Origin: an uncultured Verrucomicrobiales bacterium | GTDB taxonomy: Bacteria > Verrucomicrobiota > Verrucomicrobiia > Verrucomicrobiales > DEV007 | DNA: 64,000 bases | Direction: 5' to 3' | Assembly (NCBI GenBank): GCA_938091905.1 | Contig: CALKOM010000023.1 | Span: 64,001 to 128,000 of the forward strand | Shown: positions 59,347 to 64,000 of the stretch, piece after piece | Position numbering within the stretch: the first letter of the stretch is position 1 | Layout: every line of letters starts with the position of its first letter | The notes under the pieces: model-generated | Database searches by the model: none | Told to the model about the DNA's origin: nothing | What the model saw: the letters and a program-made list of their open reading frames with translations, nothing else | Made by a program: the position numbers and the translations under genes

Positions 59347-61298
59347 GAGGTTTGCTACTTGGAATCATCACCTGGAGCCTGCCCGGAATGGTACTGTTAG
59401 GCCAACAAAAGTCCGATCTGCCGCTGGAGATCAATTCACCAGAACTAACCATCGATCATCAAGTTGGCTTTGGGGAAATCGCCTTCAGCGATGCCGCGAA
59501 CAGTGCGATGTTTCGTGTTCACAACCAGTCAAGCCAAGTTCTCAAAGGTAGACTGATGGTCGAACGCATCCATTTTAACCGTGGCAAAATCGCTTATCGC
59601 AGCAATCTCGAAAGCGTTGAAATCGAGCTTGGCCAAAGCTCGCAGCAATCCTTCTCTTTCTGGTTTAGCCCCATTCGACAAGGGTCTCTGGCCGTCAATT
59701 TCCAAAGCGACAAGGGGAAGACGCTTTGGCAACGGTACGTCTTCCTCCAATTCATAGAGTCTCGTGGCGCAAGGATTCGTCTTTGGTCGGTGACATCTGA
59801 AACAAGCACTCTTATCGCTGGCCCCTTGGGGCAAGGCCCCATTGCATCAAATCCTCGGCGGTCTCGTATAACACCGCTAGACACCCGCCCTCTCCATAAA
59901 GCGAAGATCCCAGTGTGGGCTCTTCCCAGGGACCCGCGACATCTCGCCAAGGGAAACGGCATCCTGTTAGGCCAGGATGCTCCGTCACGTTTAACGATGG
60001 CCCAAGAAGTAGCGCTTGGTGAATACGTCGCTCACGGAGGCGTCCTGCTCATACCAAAAAACCGCCAAGCCTTTGAGAAATCACCGTGGCAACACTCACC
60101 GTTCAAAATAACATCCCTCGAGTCTCGCGAGGCCCGATTCGGCCCAGGCAAGGTCCTAAGATATCCACCAACGGCCCTAACTGAGGGAAATCGCGACGAG
60201 AATGCCTGGATTTACAAAGCCCTCGATGAAAACCCTCATCGTTTGTCTCCTTTGATCGCCTACTCAGCTTCTCGAAGCATGGGCAGTCGAGCGCGAAGCT
60301 CGATTGTCACCTGCGCTTGGTTCTCTGGCCTCTTCCTCTTAGTCACCGGCCCTGTGGCCTGGATGTTTCGAAGCCTAACTCGACGTCGCTTCCTCTGGCT
60401 TCTAGGCAGTGCTATCGGTATCTTCTGCGTAATCGCTGCCTTGTTAGGAGTTCATTTGCAGGCAAAGAAGGGCGAGCTATGGTGGACCACCATCACCGAG
60501 ATCGCACCGCAGGGTGGGGGGATTCAAACCGCGGTTCTGGAAATGGAGTCCGCTGGTGCCCGAACACATCAAGTGCAGAGTAGCAACCCGACGTCAGCAT
60601 TCCATACAGGAACATACGCTAGCCAAGACTCAGGGAGCACCTCGATCCCTCTACTGCCGTGGAGGAAGAGCGCCCGAATATGCGATAGCCAGGTCCCAGA
60701 CTGTCTACCTATCACATTGCTATTCGAAACCTCAGACTCAATCGAATTGAAACTGAGTTGGGAGAATCCAAACCCCTTCAAGATCGAAGCCATTCAGGTC
60801 TATCTCGCTACAACAGACGGCAGGCCTGCCGATATCTTTGAACCACGCCTGACGGCCTCCCGTCGAAACCCGGTCGACATGTGGAACACCAGTCTCTTCG
60901 GCGCGAATCTTACCCAAGGCAACCACCACACTGTGTTTTCCATGAGCACGAACGGCGAATTCGAGCTCTATGACAAAGGCTTGAAGGCACTCTGGATGGA
61001 AGATGAGACGGCCATCCCGCCGAAGCTTGGCGCCCCCGCTCACTACAACATAAAAAAGCTCAACGAGCGATCGCCCTACAGTGGCCTGGTCGTCTTTCAG
61101 GTGGACCGCTCACCAGGCTTCACACTGAACGAGTCGAAGACAAACTTTATATTTGGCCCCGGACTTCACTATGTTGTACAGCAGATTCCCGAAACGTCTC
61201 TTCCCTATTACGAGAAGCTTTTCACGAAAGCGCCCTATCCTGTTCCGACGACCACCAGATCTAACCAACGTCGTCGCGTAAGACAACGCGAACTCTAA
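59343..61298 (+). CDS. Membrane-anchored exported hypothetical protein (ABC-associated)
   Basis: Signal-like N-terminus at ATG 59343, EYVAHGGVLL (GATase-like fold motif), two central TMs; coupled to the permease gene. Confidence 0.55.
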   Translation: MRGLLLGIITWSLPGMVLLGQQKSDLPLEINSPELTIDHQVGFGEIAFSDAANSAMFRVHNQSSQVLKGRLMVERIHFNRGKIAYRSNLESVEIELGQSSQQSFSFWFSPIRQGSLAVNFQSDKGKTLWQRYVFLQFIESRGARIRLWSVTSETSTLIAGPLGQGPIASNPRRSRITPLDTRPLHKAKIPVWALPRDPRHLAKGNGILLGQDAPSRLTMAQEVALGEYVAHGGVLLIPKNRQAFEKSPWQHSPFKITSLESREARFGPGKVLRYPPTALTEGNRDENAWIYKALDENPHRLSPLIAYSASRSMGSRARSSIVTCAWFSGLFLLVTGPVAWMFRSLTRRRFLWLLGSAIGIFCVIAALLGVHLQAKKGELWWTTITEIAPQGGGIQTAVLEMESAGARTHQVQSSNPTSAFHTGTYASQDSGSTSIPLLPWRKSARICDSQVPDCLPITLLFETSDSIELKLSWENPNPFKIEAIQVYLATTDGRPADIFEPRLTASRRNPVDMWNTSLFGANLTQGNHHTVFSMSTNGEFELYDKGLKALWMEDETAIPPKLGAPAHYNIKKLNERSPYSGLVVFQVDRSPGFTLNESKTNFIFGPGLHYVVQQIPETSLPYYEKLFTKAPYPVPTTTRSNQRRRVRQREL

Positions 61299-62059
61299 CA
61301 ACAACGCTTGCGCCGTCCGAGTCCGAAAAGCAGGGATGCAACTAACGATAACTTAATTCGAGACTCAGGAATTGATGCTCCAATTTGGCGAACGCAAATC
61401 GATCATTGCCAGTCATCTCCTCCAAGTCATCGAGGCGCAAATAGACGGTGGTCGCATTCTGAATTGAAGACGCGCCACTGAGATCGGCCTCCACCGTATC
61501 GAAGAGGTTACCGTCAATGGCCCAATTCACATCGATGCCCTCATTGTGATCGAGCGCCTGGGTAAAGCCGGTTCCGATCAAGCTGTACGCTATGTAAGAG
61601 ATACACCTTCGGAACGGTTATCAAACCGCATCGTAAGGTCCTCGTTCCCCACGAACTAGTTTGGATGATCGCTTCCGCATTTGGACCTAATTAACACGCC
61701 TGCGGCATCCGTATGGGCCACACCATCCTTTCTATTGGCGTCAAGATCGCCGTCGGCTAGGGTCCTTTCCGTTGATCTCACCCGATTAGGGGGCAGTCGT
61801 GGAGGAGGCAGCATCGGCACCAAACTTCCAATTTGACTGACTGCGTGGCAGCCTCCGAGGCCAATGACGAGCTGAAACACACCACCAAGAAAATCGATCA
61901 AACCATCATCCCTTTTAATTCCTTAGTAATTGTCCCCAATCTCAAATAATCTTCACTTTTATGAACTATCTCTGGTAGAAGACCGCTTGGACGAATTCTG
62001 CCCCCCGCTGCGCATGCTTTCTCTTTCGTCCACCAGCGATCGCTGCCTATAGTCACCAC

Positions 62060-62674
62060 ATGCATAGCGAACTCACCCCCTGTGACCCCAACGATACCCT
62101 CCACGCCCTCGCGGCGAGTGTTGGGGTGCTGCTGCATGGAGTTCCACGGGATCAACGCGCAGTCTTACCAGGATTTGACTCACCAGAATCTCGAGAACAG
62201 GCCTGGCATCGATTCGTCACCGAGAACTTACGTCCGGTGCAAGCTACCATTTATGAGGCTTATCAAGGCGCCATCGCCAATCGTCTCGAGGATATTCTTT
62301 CTGTTGCTTGGAAGGATCCGTTGCCCCAATCGGCGCTTGAGCTCACCCAGACGATCCTGGTCACCTCCCATGGCGCGCGCCATGAGCGAGTTTTGAGCAA
62401 ACTCGCTCATGCTGCCCCTTCAGCTCAGAGTCATCCCTGTGTGGCCCTCGCCGTGCGAGCTGCAGCGTTTAACGAACCCGTCGTCGCGGCTCAAGTCGCC
62501 TATTTTTACCAGGAATGGCAGGCCGCTAGCTCAGGCATCGGGCCAACGCCTCTGCTGGCATTTTTGGAGAGCCAGCCAGCCACCCTCCTCACCCTTTCCC
62601 CCGCACTCCTCTCAGATCCCCAGTCCCCATTCATGGCAGCCTCCCAGCAACAGGATCAGCAACACCATGGTTAG
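62060..62674 (+). CDS. Hypothetical helical protein (UreF-like)
   Basis: 204-aa ORF in operon with clpS; HPCVALAVRAAAF..AYFYQEW resembles UreF-type helices. Confidence 0.45.
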   Translation: MHSELTPCDPNDTLHALAASVGVLLHGVPRDQRAVLPGFDSPESREQAWHRFVTENLRPVQATIYEAYQGAIANRLEDILSVAWKDPLPQSALELTQTILVTSHGARHERVLSKLAHAAPSAQSHPCVALAVRAAAFNEPVVAAQVAYFYQEWQAASSGIGPTPLLAFLESQPATLLTLSPALLSDPQSPFMAASQQQDQQHHG

Positions 62675-62693
62675 CCTCTCCCCACCGAGATCA

Positions 62694-62993
62694 ATGAGTG
62701 ATGGAGGCACGGTCACTGCCCCCGTCGAAGCCCCCAAGACCAAGACTGAGTCAACGCTCGACGTTCCCTGGAAAGTGATTGTCTACAATGATCCGGTGAA
62801 CTTGATGAGCTTCGTTGTCTTCGTCATTCGAAAAGTCTTCGGCTACAACGAAGAGCACGCCCAGAAGCTCATGTTAGAAGTACACGAGAAGGGAAAGTCT
62901 ATCGTCTGGACGGGTTCTCGAGAGAAGGCCGAACTCTACGTCCAGCAATTGCAAGGATTCCAACTCCTCGCCGCGATGAAGCGGGATTCCTAA
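62694..62993 (+). CDS. clpS: ATP-dependent Clp protease adaptor ClpS
   Basis: WKVIVYNDPVNLMSFV..FGY..LMLEVHEKGKSIV..REKAE. An alternative start is ATG 62667. Confidence 0.93.
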   Translation: MSDGGTVTAPVEAPKTKTESTLDVPWKVIVYNDPVNLMSFVVFVIRKVFGYNEEHAQKLMLEVHEKGKSIVWTGSREKAELYVQQLQGFQLLAAMKRDS

Positions 62994-63003
62994 CATCAAC
63001 TAT

Positions 63004-63546
63004 ATGGACATCCTCCCTTTGCCAGATGGCGGGCTGCGCTTTCTGGAAGTCCCAGCAGCCTTCTATGAGCAACTCTCCTTGCTCTCACAGACGTGCGATC
63101 CCAATGATGATCCAACAATTGTAGCGCGCCTCTACCCTCACCCACTTGATCCGAACGAGGAACCCAAAGACCGAGAGAAGGCCGAAGAAGACTGGTCCGA
63201 CTTTGTCCGACCAGAACTTGAGGCTGCCTTTGACACCCATATGCTCACGGTGATGAACGACTTGGCAGAGGCCAATCTCGAAGCCACCGATGACGATCCA
63301 GACAACTCTGATGACGAGGTTTACTATCGGTTAGAGATTCCGAGCGACCACACTCATGCCTGGTTTCAAGTGCTCAATCGCGCTCGCATCGTTCTCGCGA
63401 TGAAGCATCGTCTCCCTCTCTCCGAACACCCGCTTGGAGAAGACGAGGAAGTCTCACTCCAGCGTCTCCTGGCGGCGCACCTGAGCGATTCCTTTGCTGA
63501 GATATCCGAGATCCTCGTCCATCTGATGACGGACGAGCTGAGTTAA
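63004..63546 (+). CDS. DUF2017-like protein
   Basis: DP.IVARLYP..EEDW..FVRPEL..AWFQVLNRARIVLA; directly follows clpS. Confidence 0.65.
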   Translation: MDILPLPDGGLRFLEVPAAFYEQLSLLSQTCDPNDDPTIVARLYPHPLDPNEEPKDREKAEEDWSDFVRPELEAAFDTHMLTVMNDLAEANLEATDDDPDNSDDEVYYRLEIPSDHTHAWFQVLNRARIVLAMKHRLPLSEHPLGEDEEVSLQRLLAAHLSDSFAEISEILVHLMTDELS

Positions 63547-63574
63547 TTTCGGCTCAGACATTCTGAACAAAACA

Positions 63575-64000
63575 CTAGCCTGAAACCCGAACGCGGTAGA
63601 ACCCTAACGGGGCTAAGGCACGCTCCGCATTTGTATCGCTGAAGCTTGTCGTGCCTGTGCCAGATGCTGGAACAGCCGCATCGGTAATCACGGTCCATGT
63701 GGCCGTGGTCAAATCCATGCTGTATTCGACCACGTAGGCCTTACCGCCAACACTCGTCCAGGTCATTGAAGCCCCATCCACGGTTCTGCTTGCTGCCGTG
63801 AAGTGAAGGTAATCAGTGGGGTCGTTTGGATCAGTTCCAGCCAAAGCTTCCTCCCCATTCGTCGCGCCATCACCGTCCTCATCTCCGCCAGGAAGCAAGT
63901 CAACCTCACCATTGGGAAGTCCAGGGGTAGCGGCGAACTGCTGTCCAAAGAAATCTACGCCGTAGGACAAACCCGTGGGGACTTCACCAGCAATGTCCCC
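63575..64000 (-). CDS. C-terminus of a secreted protein with YRVRV domain (5'-truncated by window edge)
   Basis: DEDGDGATNGEEALAGTDPNDPTDY..WTSVGGKAYVVEYS.DL..W..FYRVRVSG, closely similar to the tail of 3102-6800. Confidence 0.75.
   Translation of the reverse strand, partial: GDIAGEVPTGLSYGVDFFGQQFAATPGLPNGEVDLLPGGDEDGDGATNGEEALAGTDPNDPTDYLHFTAASRTVDGASMTWTSVGGKAYVVEYSMDLTTATWTVITDAAVPASGTGTTSFSDTNAERALAPLGFYRVRVSG

Noticed and set aside
61342..62050. Short ORFs between the ABC module and the clpS operon
   Set aside because: No recognisable motifs; possibly a degraded gene, but I cannot support a call.

Overview
64-kb bacterial chromosomal segment, most likely from a free-living Verrucomicrobiales-type (PVC superphylum) genome. 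This is inferred from the ASPIC/UnbV-redoxin-TPR protein, lamin-tail/CotH protein, prepilin-type protein and repeated C-terminal 'YRVRV' domains. Housekeeping blocks: pgpH-like/ybeY/dinB, radC, pyrH-frr, polyprenyl synthase-rpmH-rnpA-yidD-yidC-jag, bioF, ispF, clpS. The most notable accessory locus is a non-phage operon at 9.8-17.3 kb: a secreted Ig/beta-helix protein, three tandem phage-tail-collar proteins, a SAM methyltransferase, a GNAT, two DUF6916-like proteins (one a Tat lipoprotein), and a second secreted protein. The first and last genes each appear to start with one half of the same DUF11-type Ig domain. Also present: a YqiJ-like/flotillin/giant AAA+ ATPase triad with a REPIN-like palindrome, four secreted proteins sharing a putative C-terminal sorting domain, a candidate structured RNA at 48.6-48.8 kb, and about six decayed genes, including an RraA-family pseudogene whose 'DGD' motif has expanded into a (GGAGAT)17 microsatellite. 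No rRNA, tRNA, CRISPR array, transposase or prophage was recognised. All family assignments come from motif recognition by eye, not database searches.
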